Assembly (NCBI GenBank): GCA_027310405.1 | Contig: DAIDAX010000003.1 | Location: forward strand, 1-40,257 | From: a bacterium | GTDB taxonomy: Archaea > Aenigmatarchaeota > Aenigmatarchaeia > CG10238-14 > SCSR01 | Reading direction: 5' to 3' | Length of the DNA stretch: 40,257 bases | In this document: positions 7,940 to 16,062 of the stretch, piece after piece | Numbering within the stretch: position 1 is the stretch's first letter | Layout of the letters: each line of letters begins with the position of its first letter | Program-made: the position numbers and the translations under genes | Notes under the pieces: generated by a model | Seen by the model: the letters and a program-made list of their open reading frames with translations, nothing else | Database searches by the model: none | What the model was told of the DNA's origin: nothing

Positions 7940-10900
7940 TCAACTCACAGTTTCTTTCTTAGTTGGTGGAGATTTTGACGGCAAGAAAAGATAAACAACG
8001 AACAATCCTCCAAGAACTGCAGCAATAATTATTCCGTAGAGTAGATAATTCGGTGCTGGCGGTTGTGCTTGTTGTAGTGCCTGCTGCGTTGCAGAGATTA
8101 AACTTTGTATGTTCGAGAATAATTGTTGAGCTTGGAAGTAACCTTCGGGTGTGCCTTGTGCAATGTCGTTTTGTGCCTGTTGTATTTGTGTTTGCAAACT
8201 GGTGAACAATGGATCTACGTTTGTAAGATTGACTCCTGCAGCTTTCGATTGATTGTAAAGTTGCCAGACTTGAGTGTAGTTTGCAAGAATCTGTGTGAAG
8301 TTCGCTGTGATTAACGCTTGTGTCACATTAGTTGGCAGAACTCTAAGCGTGAAAGCTTGCGTCACTGTAGACAGACTGCTTACTGCTTGGAAGTTTGCAG
8401 AATAATCTTGCACAGATGCATTTGCAGGAATTGTGAATGTCGTAGTGTATGTTGCTTGTGCGCCTGGAGAAATTGTTTGCGCTGGTGTAACGCTTACCCA
8501 ACTCGAATTAATTCCAGTAACACTCAATGTAACTGTTTGAGTCGAGTTCGTATTTGTATTGCTCACAATAACGTTAGTTGAATTGCTTGATCCTTGCAAA
8601 ACTCGAATTAAACTCGGGTAAGAAACTATGCTCAAGTAAGTTGGAGTTGTTGTAGTTGTAGTAGTAGTCGTTGTTGTTGAAGTGTATGGAGAAGCTAGAT
8701 GGAATGTGACTGGCAGACTGTTAAACCAAATTCCAGTTGGAGTAGATCCAGTGATGTTCGTTGGACAATCTGTAGAATTTGTTGTTGTATTGCCCACAAC
8801 CCAGCTTACTATTGTGTTTGTCGAATAAGCTGCTGGTGATATTGTTGCCGGAGTTGGACCCGAAACTATACTCCATCCAGTGCAAGTTCCAAGAGACAAT
8901 GTATCGCCCGATCCAGCAAGTGGTCCAACGTTGGTCACGTTAACATAAACTGTAGTTGTCGTGCCTGTGCTCGGAATAGTTGCTATTGAAGAATTTCCTA
9001 CAGGAGTGCTGAGATAAAGACCTGTGTTGGTTACAGTCAAACTTTGATTGCTTAGACTTCCAGTGAACGTTCCATTGAAATCAGAGTTTGGCCCGATGTT
9101 TAATCTTGTATTTACAAAATAATTTCCACCAGAAGTATTTGCAGGAATCGTTGCATTTAGCCAATAACCCGAAGGATTGCCAGAAGGATTGTACAGTGGT
9201 CCAGTTGTGTTAACAAGATTTGACAATGTCACATTATCGCTGCTAGTAATTCCAAAAGATGTAGCATTACCTTCAGTAATCCAAACAGCAGAAAAGTTTG
9301 AAGGAGTGATCGAATAAGATCCTGTTGATGTTCCATTCAGATAAGTAATATTCATTTTCAACGAAATGTTTCCACCGGTCGATATGTTGTTAAATGTGTT
9401 CAGTCCAGTTGGTGTATCTAGTTCTACTAACTTTATGTTCAACAAGTTAGTCAAATTCAATTGAATTGTCAGATTAAGTGTTGATGATGGATGCGAAGCG
9501 AACGCTGTTGTAGTATTTGTTGCATTGAAGAAAATCCATCCTGTGTACAGACCAGTTGGCATAGACGAAGTGAACGTTGTGTTTATTTGAATTGGAATAC
9601 CACTGTTGGCTGAAATAAAGTTCGTTGGGTTATATGCAAGAGTTGCATTGTATCCCGCACAATTTCCAGATGTGCAAGTAAGGTTTGTAGAATTAAGAGT
9701 CATGTTGAGGAAAGCGCCGACACTTCCAGAATTGTTCACATAAATGTTCAGTGTTTTTGTCAACGTTGCTCCATAATCTTCATCGATTCTGATTGTTTGT
9801 GCATCAAAACTGTTATTGACAGACAAACTTGGCGCCGATACGTTGAAAATTATCGGAATTTGTAATCCAGCTCCATTCGGATCCAAATAATACAAATCAC
9901 CTTGGTACGATCCATCGAGAGATACATTTTGAGTCGTAAGATTGACTTGCACATTTGACGAATTGCCACTTATAAAACTCATGCTGCTATAATTCGTACT
10001 TATCCAACTCGATGCCGGATACATGAGTTTGACTGTTAAATTATAGCTTGGCAGTATAGTCGAACCGTTTACAACTTTAAAAGTTAGAACCTGAGAACTT
10101 GATGGAGGTGCGATATTGACAAATTCTTCTTCAGTTGTGCCAGAAACATTTGCATTTACAAATTTATTGACTGATGTGCCGAGTGTGTTTCCCAAATTGT
10201 CTAAAACAGTCAACGAATAATTTCCAGCTCCAGTTGCATTAGCCCAGTCCAATGTAACATTAACTGCATTGATTGTAGAGCTATTTGGCACAAGCATTGT
10301 GAAATTCTGTACGGAACTTCCCGTAAAAGATTTAACGTAATATAAATCTGAACTCTGCGTTATTGTGCTCAAATTTAATGGCCCTGGATTTGTTAGAATA
10401 ATGTTTGTCGTCTGAGATGCGGAAACGTTCAGTGTTCCAAAATTAATTTGTGTAATCTGTTGATTTGGTGTTGAAGAATTTGTTACATTCAGAGTCGTAA
10501 AGTATAAAGAACCGCTGTAGCTTATTTGTGAACTTGAATTTCCATAAACTCTTATTTCCCATACAGCCGAGGAAGTTGGTAAGAAGTTATATTGTAAAGT
10601 TTGACTGGTAGTTCCATTTTGTATAGATTTTGCTTTCAATGTTCCAGAACCATCCAATAAATATAAGCTAACATATTGCGAAGAATTCCCCCAGTTTATT
10701 GTGACAGTTGCTCCAGTTGCATTTGCTATTGTTGTTGCGTTATTTGTGTAAAAGTAAAATGACTGGTAAGCTGTTGCGTTTGGAGGCAATTTTCCATTAA
10801 ATGTTCCAATTCCACTTGAGCTGTTGAGTGTTGTGTTAGTTGTTATTGGTAAATCTAAAATACCATCGATAGTTACATTCTCGGATGTACTGCTTGGATT

Positions 10901-11374
10901 CGTAGAATTGCTTATGAGTAACTTATTTTGTAACGTGTATCTACCAGGCACACAGCTAGCTCCATTGATTACTGCTAAATTTGGTGAGAGCGTAAGAGTT
11001 GTGGAGTTTACGGTAGACGAATAATTTAAAGTTTCAGTTGTAGTTGTATAGCCTCCTGTTCTATTTTGAACAAGAACTAGAATTTGTGTGCAAGGTGCTT
11101 GAATAGACTGACTATAGTTTCCTATGAAGTAGGAAGAGTTTAGTACAATTATTGTTACATTAGTTGTGTTTAGACTCGTTACATTGTTCAGTGCTAGAGT
11201 TACGTTTGCAGTGTATTGTGGCGAAGTTGTCCAATTGAAATAAACAATTGATGGAGTAACGTTAAATTGCCCAGCTGGACTACTTGTATTTGTTGCAGAG
11301 AAACCAGAGACTACAGCAAGGACAAAAATAACTGCAAAAGCCAACAAACTAAGTACAGTTACTCGAAAATTCAT
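7940..11374 (-). CDS. Large secreted, membrane-anchored surface glycoprotein, 1144 aa
   Basis: Signal peptide; very many N-x-S/T sequons; beta-rich T/N/S domains; poly-Thr linker; Gln-rich helical stalk; C-terminal TM plus basic tail. Confidence 0.88.
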   Translation of the reverse strand: MNFRVTVLSLLAFAVIFVLAVVSGFSATNTSSPAGQFNVTPSIVYFNWTTSPQYTANVTLALNNVTSLNTTNVTIIVLNSSYFIGNYSQSIQAPCTQILVLVQNRTGGYTTTTETLNYSSTVNSTTLTLSPNLAVINGASCVPGRYTLQNKLLISNSTNPSSTSENVTIDGILDLPITTNTTLNSSSGIGTFNGKLPPNATAYQSFYFYTNNATTIANATGATVTINWGNSSQYVSLYLLDGSGTLKAKSIQNGTTSQTLQYNFLPTSSAVWEIRVYGNSSSQISYSGSLYFTTLNVTNSSTPNQQITQINFGTLNVSASQTTNIILTNPGPLNLSTITQSSDLYYVKSFTGSSVQNFTMLVPNSSTINAVNVTLDWANATGAGNYSLTVLDNLGNTLGTSVNKFVNANVSGTTEEEFVNIAPPSSSQVLTFKVVNGSTILPSYNLTVKLMYPASSWISTNYSSMSFISGNSSNVQVNLTTQNVSLDGSYQGDLYYLDPNGAGLQIPIIFNVSAPSLSVNNSFDAQTIRIDEDYGATLTKTLNIYVNNSGSVGAFLNMTLNSTNLTCTSGNCAGYNATLAYNPTNFISANSGIPIQINTTFTSSMPTGLYTGWIFFNATNTTTAFASHPSSTLNLTIQLNLTNLLNIKLVELDTPTGLNTFNNISTGGNISLKMNITYLNGTSTGSYSITPSNFSAVWITEGNATSFGITSSDNVTLSNLVNTTGPLYNPSGNPSGYWLNATIPANTSGGNYFVNTRLNIGPNSDFNGTFTGSLSNQSLTVTNTGLYLSTPVGNSSIATIPSTGTTTTVYVNVTNVGPLAGSGDTLSLGTCTGWSIVSGPTPATISPAAYSTNTIVSWVVGNTTTNSTDCPTNITGSTPTGIWFNSLPVTFHLASPYTSTTTTTTTTTTTPTYLSIVSYPSLIRVLQGSSNSTNVIVSNTNTNSTQTVTLSVTGINSSWVSVTPAQTISPGAQATYTTTFTIPANASVQDYSANFQAVSSLSTVTQAFTLRVLPTNVTQALITANFTQILANYTQVWQLYNQSKAAGVNLTNVDPLFTSLQTQIQQAQNDIAQGTPEGYFQAQQLFSNIQSLISATQQALQQAQPPAPNYLLYGIIIAAVLGGLFVVYLFLPSKSPPTKKETVS

Positions 11375-11420
11375 CTGTCTCTTTAAATTATTTGGTTAAC
11401 TATAAAATATATCTTAAAAA

Positions 11421-11494
11421 TTCTCCAAACCGATGAAGATTGAAGGGCGGCATGACAAACGAATGAATACACCCTTAAGTGCAGATGGGGAGAA
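11421..11494 (+). ncRNA. Candidate box C/D sRNA
   Basis: Layout: terminal stem TTCTCC/GGAGAA; C ATGAAGA, 12-nt guide, D' ATGA, C' ATGAATA, 12-nt guide, D CAGA. TATA-like sequence at 11401. Confidence 0.45.
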
Positions 11495-11506
11495 AAAAAA
11501 TTATTG

Positions 11507-11581
11507 GGGGCCAGGTGGGGTTTGAACCCACGACCTTCTCCTTAGGACGGAGCTGCTCTATCCAAGCTGAGCTACAGGCCC
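11507..11581 (-). tRNA. tRNA-Arg(CCT)
   Basis: Cloverleaf GGGCCTG-TA-GCTC/GAGC-GCTCC[GT CCT AA]GGAGA-GTGGG[TTCAAAC]CCCAC-CTGGCCC; no intron. Confidence 0.9.
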
Positions 11582-11629
11582 AACAATCTACATTTACTTT
11601 CAAGTAGAATAAAAACAAATCTTAGAGTT

Positions 11630-12352
11630 ATGGGGTTAATCAAGAGCGAAAAAGAAATTCGATTTTTAAAAAAAGCTGCTGAAATAAGTAACTCTTGCAT
11701 TCCACTGATAGAAAAATCTCTGCATGAAAAAATTTCTGAAAAAGAACTTACGAGAAGAGTGAGAAAAAAAATTAATTCTCAGGGAGCAACTTTATCTTTC
11801 CAAACTCTCTGTGCATCTAGCGATAGAACTTCAATGATTCATCCAAAACCACATGCGACAGACAGAATTATTTCTGGAATTGGCTACATTGATTTTGGAG
11901 CGTCGTACAAAGGTTACAAAGCAGATGTGACAGTCCCATTCATCAAAGGAAAAATTAACAGAGAAGAAACGATAGTAGTGAAAAAAACTTTAGAAGCGTA
12001 CAAACTTTCTGTAAAATCTGTAAAAATCGGTGTTCCTTTTTGGAAAGTTCACGAAGCTACTGATAAATTTTTGAGAAAGAATGGATTCGAAATGAAACAT
12101 GCGCTTGGACACGGGCTCGGATTGAAAGTACACGATAGTCCTTTAATTCTAAAACCAAGAAAAAAATTGAAAGGGAAAAAGAAAAAACGTTGGGAAAGAA
12201 TTAAGAAAATAAATTTCCAACCAAAAATGGTTTTTACAATCGAACCAGGAATTTACACAAAGAAATTTGGATCGAGAATTGAAAATGATTTTTTGATAAC
12301 GAAAGAAGGAAAATTAAAACAGCTCACAAAATCGAGATTGATAAAAGTTTAG
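11630..12352 (+). CDS. M24-family metallopeptidase (Xaa-Pro peptidase-like, catalytic domain only)
   Basis: Metal ligands D (YIDFG), D (ADVT), H (GHGLG), E (TIEPG), E (RIEND). Confidence 0.9.
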   Translation: MGLIKSEKEIRFLKKAAEISNSCIPLIEKSLHEKISEKELTRRVRKKINSQGATLSFQTLCASSDRTSMIHPKPHATDRIISGIGYIDFGASYKGYKADVTVPFIKGKINREETIVVKKTLEAYKLSVKSVKIGVPFWKVHEATDKFLRKNGFEMKHALGHGLGLKVHDSPLILKPRKKLKGKKKKRWERIKKINFQPKMVFTIEPGIYTKKFGSRIENDFLITKEGKLKQLTKSRLIKV

Positions 12353-14160
12353 ACAAGCACTTTAATTTTTGCTTTGCTTACAAGAGCTCTAACAATTTGT
12401 CTTCCGATATCAGAATCTTTCGAAACTTTTATGTTGGATTTTTTGCCAATCGTTGCAGAGAAAAGAAAATCAGAACCGATGTAAACGTTTGCCATTTTCC
12501 CAATGTATCTTTTGTCGAAGTCGAATGTTATGCTGTTGCCGGTTTCAGTCATTCCAAAATAAATTTCTTTTCCGAGCGAAGGAATTTTCGGTTCAACATC
12601 TATGCTTATTCCAAGTTTTTGCTCGAGAGCTTTTATCATGACTCCTTCTTTCCCAATTATTCTTGGTATGTATTCATTTGCAACTCGCACGACTACTTTG
12701 TTTTCGGAAACAACTTCTGCTTGAGCATTAAAGTCAAACTTTCGAATTTCTTGCAAGATTCTTTCTTGCGCAAGTCTTTTCAACGGAGATGCACTCGTTT
12801 TTGTTACAGGAACGATGACATTCTCTTCTCCGAACGTATAAATCTCGTAAACAAGTTCACCAGTTTCAAAATCTCTGACTTCAACAAGTGGTCTCGACAA
12901 ATCTGCTTCTGTCATTCCTGATGGAACTTTTACTGTCAAAGAAAGTTCGAAAACTTTTTTCACCTCGCCCTCTTTCACAAAAATCACTGTGTCGATTATG
13001 TGGGGAATTATTCCAAGTTCCACTCGTCCCATAAATCTCTGAATTGCATCGATCGCATCGCTCGCGTGTACGACTCCAATCATTCCTATTCCCGCTAAGC
13101 GCATGTCTGAGAAAATTTCAAAGTCCTTTGTCTTTCTCACTTCGTCGAAGATTGAATAATCTGGCCTGACAAGAAGCAAAATGTCCGCGGTCTTTTCAAA
13201 ATCTCCCTCGAGCGGTCCGTATTGAGTAATCTCCGGTCCGACTTGCAAATCTTTTGGAGATTCGAGAGTTTTAACAATTTTTCCCTGGTTTTTGTAAAAT
13301 TCTGCGAGCGATGAGGCGAGTGTCGTCTTTCCAGATCCAGGTGGGCCGGCAATGATTATTCCTTCAGCCTTTTCTCGCAAACGCAACATGAGTTTGTCAG
13401 AAAGTTTGTAATCTTCCAAAGAAAGTTTCACAATAGGTCTGACAATTGTTATTTCCAATCCATCTGAAAATGGTGGGCGTGCTATTGCAATTCTGTAATT
13501 GCCAAGTTGTAAAACAGTTGCACCTGAACGAATAATTTCTACAGAACCTTCCTCGCTTATTCTCGTTGCTTCTGTTATTTCTCGGATAAGATTTTCTAAA
13601 TCATTTGTCGACAAAGTTTCATCTTTAATTTTTACAAGTTCGAATCTTCCTGGTCCACCTTTCTTTGCAAGTGGTGGAACTCCTTCCTTAAGATGTACAG
13701 ATAATGTGTCTTCAGTAAAAAATTTTTCAAATGCTAATCCTTTTGTTTTTATTTCCGCTGGAAAATGTTGTATACTAACTCCCTCAGCTTCTCCAACAAG
13801 TGCCTGAACGAAATCAGCAGTGTAAAGAGTTGCATTTTCTTCTTTCGCTACATCACGAATTAATGCATCCATTCTTCCAGACTTTGCAAGTTTGATGTCG
13901 TCAATGCTTGGTCTAGTTCCTGTAAAACGAACTTTTATTTTACTTTTTTCAGCAAGTTCACGAATTTTTTTTAACTCTTCTAAACCAACAAAGCCAGGCT
14001 CTCTACCTTTTGACGCTTGTGCTTGCATCTCATCAAGAACCATTGCTGGAACAATTATCTCACTGACTTTCAATTTATTTTGCTCAAGCAGTTGTGAAAT
14101 TTTTCCGTCGATGATTATGCTCGTGTCGAGAACAATCTTGTCTGTGTTTTTCATTTTCAT
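12349..14160 (-). CDS. PINA: PIN domain + P-loop ATPase + KH domain
   Basis: PIN VLDTSIIIDG, Walker A GPPGSGKTT, Walker B IFDEVR, KH IIGKEG. Start is ambiguous (14166/14160/14154). Confidence 0.93.
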   Translation of the reverse strand: MKMKNTDKIVLDTSIIIDGKISQLLEQNKLKVSEIIVPAMVLDEMQAQASKGREPGFVGLEELKKIRELAEKSKIKVRFTGTRPSIDDIKLAKSGRMDALIRDVAKEENATLYTADFVQALVGEAEGVSIQHFPAEIKTKGLAFEKFFTEDTLSVHLKEGVPPLAKKGGPGRFELVKIKDETLSTNDLENLIREITEATRISEEGSVEIIRSGATVLQLGNYRIAIARPPFSDGLEITIVRPIVKLSLEDYKLSDKLMLRLREKAEGIIIAGPPGSGKTTLASSLAEFYKNQGKIVKTLESPKDLQVGPEITQYGPLEGDFEKTADILLLVRPDYSIFDEVRKTKDFEIFSDMRLAGIGMIGVVHASDAIDAIQRFMGRVELGIIPHIIDTVIFVKEGEVKKVFELSLTVKVPSGMTEADLSRPLVEVRDFETGELVYEIYTFGEENVIVPVTKTSASPLKRLAQERILQEIRKFDFNAQAEVVSENKVVVRVANEYIPRIIGKEGVMIKALEQKLGISIDVEPKIPSLGKEIYFGMTETGNSITFDFDKRYIGKMANVYIGSDFLFSATIGKKSNIKVSKDSDIGRQIVRALVSKAKIKVLV

Positions 14161-14288
14161 CTTCACGCTAAAATTAAGTTTCTTTGCTTTTAAGCTTTAG
14201 TCGGAAAAACCTTTAAAAAAAATATTTTTTCAATTTTCTATGTTGCAGCGACAAAAAAGATTTTATTTATCTTTGCGTGCTAAGAATC

Positions 14289-14420
14289 GTGATAAAAATA
14301 AAACGCTGTCCTGAATGCAAGAACAAAAACATTTCATTGCACTCGGATGAATATATCTGCACCAAATGTGGACTCGTAATTGAACAAGAATTTCGTTCTG
14401 GTGTCAGAACTCTAGCATGA
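14289..14420 (+). CDS. Stand-alone TFIIB-type zinc-ribbon miniprotein, 43 aa
   Basis: MIKIKRCPECKNKNISLHSDEYICTKCGLVIEQ matches the CPxC...ExxCxxCGLV TFB zinc-ribbon pattern. Confidence 0.75.
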   Translation: MIKIKRCPECKNKNISLHSDEYICTKCGLVIEQEFRSGVRTLA

Positions 14421-14447
14421 AAACAAAAGAAGGACTAGCGTAGTCCT
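14420..14447 (-). terminator. Hairpin plus T-tract terminator after hisS
   Basis: AGGACTA-GCG-TAGTCCT 7-bp stem (14431-14447), followed on the minus strand by TCTTTTGTTTT. Confidence 0.5.
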
Positions 14448-15714
14448 AACCACCCACTTCTACAAACTTTAATAGTTCATCACGCGTAACAATTTTTTCT
14501 GACTCAGCTTGCATGTCTCTCAATTTGTACTCATTTCTCTGCAATTCTTCTTTCCCAACAATCACAACAAATTTAGATTTTATTTTGTCAGCATACTCAA
14601 GTTGTTTCTTGAGATCTCTATCCATCAAATCAATTTGACAAGGTACACCGTTTTCTCTCAAAAATTTTACTAAATCCAAAGCCCGATTCTGCAAATCTTC
14701 GTTAACGCTTGCGACAAAAATTTTTGTTGTTTTCAAATTTTCTTTAAACATGTTTTTATTTTTCATGACTTCGAGAATCCTATCGATGCCCAACGAGATT
14801 CCAGTGGCAGGGATATCCTTCCCTCCAACTTTCTTCATGAGATTGTCATAGCGACCTCCCCCACCACAAGAAACTCCAGCACCAAGTTCTACTTCGAAGA
14901 CTAATCCAGTATAATATTCTAACCCACGTACGAGCGAGAGATCGATTTTTATTTTATCTTCGAATCCCAGAGTTTTTGCATAATCAATCAAAGAATCCAA
15001 TTCCTCAAGACCTTCGCTTCGTCCCTTTCGTCCAAAAGTTCGAATGATTTCTTCATTAGATCCAGAAATTTTAATTACATCAAAAACTTTATCTGGTATG
15101 ATTCCATTTTTCACAAGCTCTTTTCTTACACCAGCCTCACCAATTTTTCCCCACTTATCAATTGCTCGAAATGTGTCCACTAATTTGTCTTTAGTCACAA
15201 CTTTTTCCAACAATTTTTCCAAAAGCTGTCTGCTGTTCACACGAATTGAAAAATCTTTGAATCCAAGTTTCTGCATAATTTCGCAAACGCATGCAAGACA
15301 TTCCGCATCTGCGAGTACACTTTTGCTTCCGACAACATCTATATCCGCTTGCCAAAATTCTCTGTAACGCATTGCCTGTGGATTGTCGTATCTCCAAACT
15401 TTTTCTATCTGATAACGTTTGAAAGGAAGAGGAAAGTTGCTAGATGTTACAATTCTTGCAAGCGGCATTGTCAAATCAAATCTTAAACCAAGCTGACGTT
15501 TCGATTTGTCTTCAAAAAAATAAATTTCATCCTTCACACCTTCGCCGAGCCCACCTTTTGCAGAAAGTAGCTCAAAACTTTCGAATGCAGGAGTGAACAG
15601 CGGCTCGAAACCATATTTTTCAAAAACATTTCTTACAACGTCGATAATTTTTTGTAGCTTTATCGCGTCTTCAGCCGCTACATCTCTCGTTCCCTTTGGC
15701 GGTTGGAATTTCAT
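14446..15714 (-). CDS. hisS: Histidyl-tRNA synthetase
   Basis: PKGTRD, LRFDLT, RYREFWQAD, VRGLEYYTG, GGGRYD. Likely start is ATG 15714 with AGGAGG SD. Confidence 0.97.
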   Translation of the reverse strand: MKFQPPKGTRDVAAEDAIKLQKIIDVVRNVFEKYGFEPLFTPAFESFELLSAKGGLGEGVKDEIYFFEDKSKRQLGLRFDLTMPLARIVTSSNFPLPFKRYQIEKVWRYDNPQAMRYREFWQADIDVVGSKSVLADAECLACVCEIMQKLGFKDFSIRVNSRQLLEKLLEKVVTKDKLVDTFRAIDKWGKIGEAGVRKELVKNGIIPDKVFDVIKISGSNEEIIRTFGRKGRSEGLEELDSLIDYAKTLGFEDKIKIDLSLVRGLEYYTGLVFEVELGAGVSCGGGGRYDNLMKKVGGKDIPATGISLGIDRILEVMKNKNMFKENLKTTKIFVASVNEDLQNRALDLVKFLRENGVPCQIDLMDRDLKKQLEYADKIKSKFVVIVGKEELQRNEYKLRDMQAESEKIVTRDELLKFVEVGG

Positions 15715-15718
15715 ATAA

Positions 15719-15964
15719 TTAATTCCTCCTTTGAGAATATCTTTTTGTTTTGGGTCCAGAGCCGGGATTCGAACCCGATCTAGAAGATTCACAGTCTTCC
15801 GTGCGAGCTTCTACACTACTCTGGACATTTGGAGCAAGAGTCAAACAATTTCTTTTTAGAAATATTTTTACGCGAGAATTTTCAAACAACTTTAACTTTG
15901 CTCTTAATCGAACTGGAATTGAAACTCGTCCTTTGGAATCGATTTTAGAAAAAGCACTGCTCAA
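15719..15964 (-). CDS. AbrB/MazE/SpoVT-family DNA-binding protein; C-terminal third is encoded by the tRNA-His gene
   Basis: SKIDSKGRVSIPVRLRAKLKL...V.I...LTLAP swapped-hairpin signature; GGTGA SD, TTG start; stop 4 nt before the hisS ATG. Confidence 0.8.
   Translation of the reverse strand: MSSAFSKIDSKGRVSIPVRLRAKLKLFENSRVKIFLKRNCLTLAPNVQSSVEARTEDCESSRSGSNPGSGPKTKRYSQRRN
15751..15826 (-). tRNA. tRNA-His(GTG) with encoded G-1, C73 and CCA
   Basis: G-TCCAGAG-TA-GTGT[AGAAGCTC]GCAC-G-GAAGA[CT GTG AA]TCTTC-TAGA-TCGGG[TTCGAAT]CCCGG-CTCTGGA-C-CCA. Confidence 0.9.
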
Positions 15965-15965
15965 A

Positions 15966-15998
15966 GTGAACTAATTCACCTTTTGTGAAAACGTTCGC
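15966..15998. promoter_or_regulatory. Tandem palindromic operator-like sites GTGAA-N4-TTCRC
   Basis: GTGAActaaTTCAC (15966-15979) and GTGAAaacgTTCGC (15985-15998), between a TATA box (TATAAATA, minus strand 16045-16038) and the AbrB start. Confidence 0.55.
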
Positions 15999-16062
15999 CT
16001 CTCATCCTTGTCACTTGAAAAGAAAATGTTTTTAGAGTATTTATATGTAAAGGTGGGAAAAA

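Noticed and set aside
8646-8678. Trinucleotide-like repeat
   Set aside because: Encodes the poly-Thr linker of the surface protein using mixed codons.
15715-15792. 26-aa N-terminal extension of HisRS from the ORF track
   Set aside because: It starts inside the tRNA; ATG 15714 has an AGGAGG SD and the canonical MKFQPPKGTRD start.
15976-16005. uORF MRGERFHKR* as a His-sensing leader peptide
   Set aside because: Only one His codon, which is explained by the TTCAC operator motif, and no attenuator structure.
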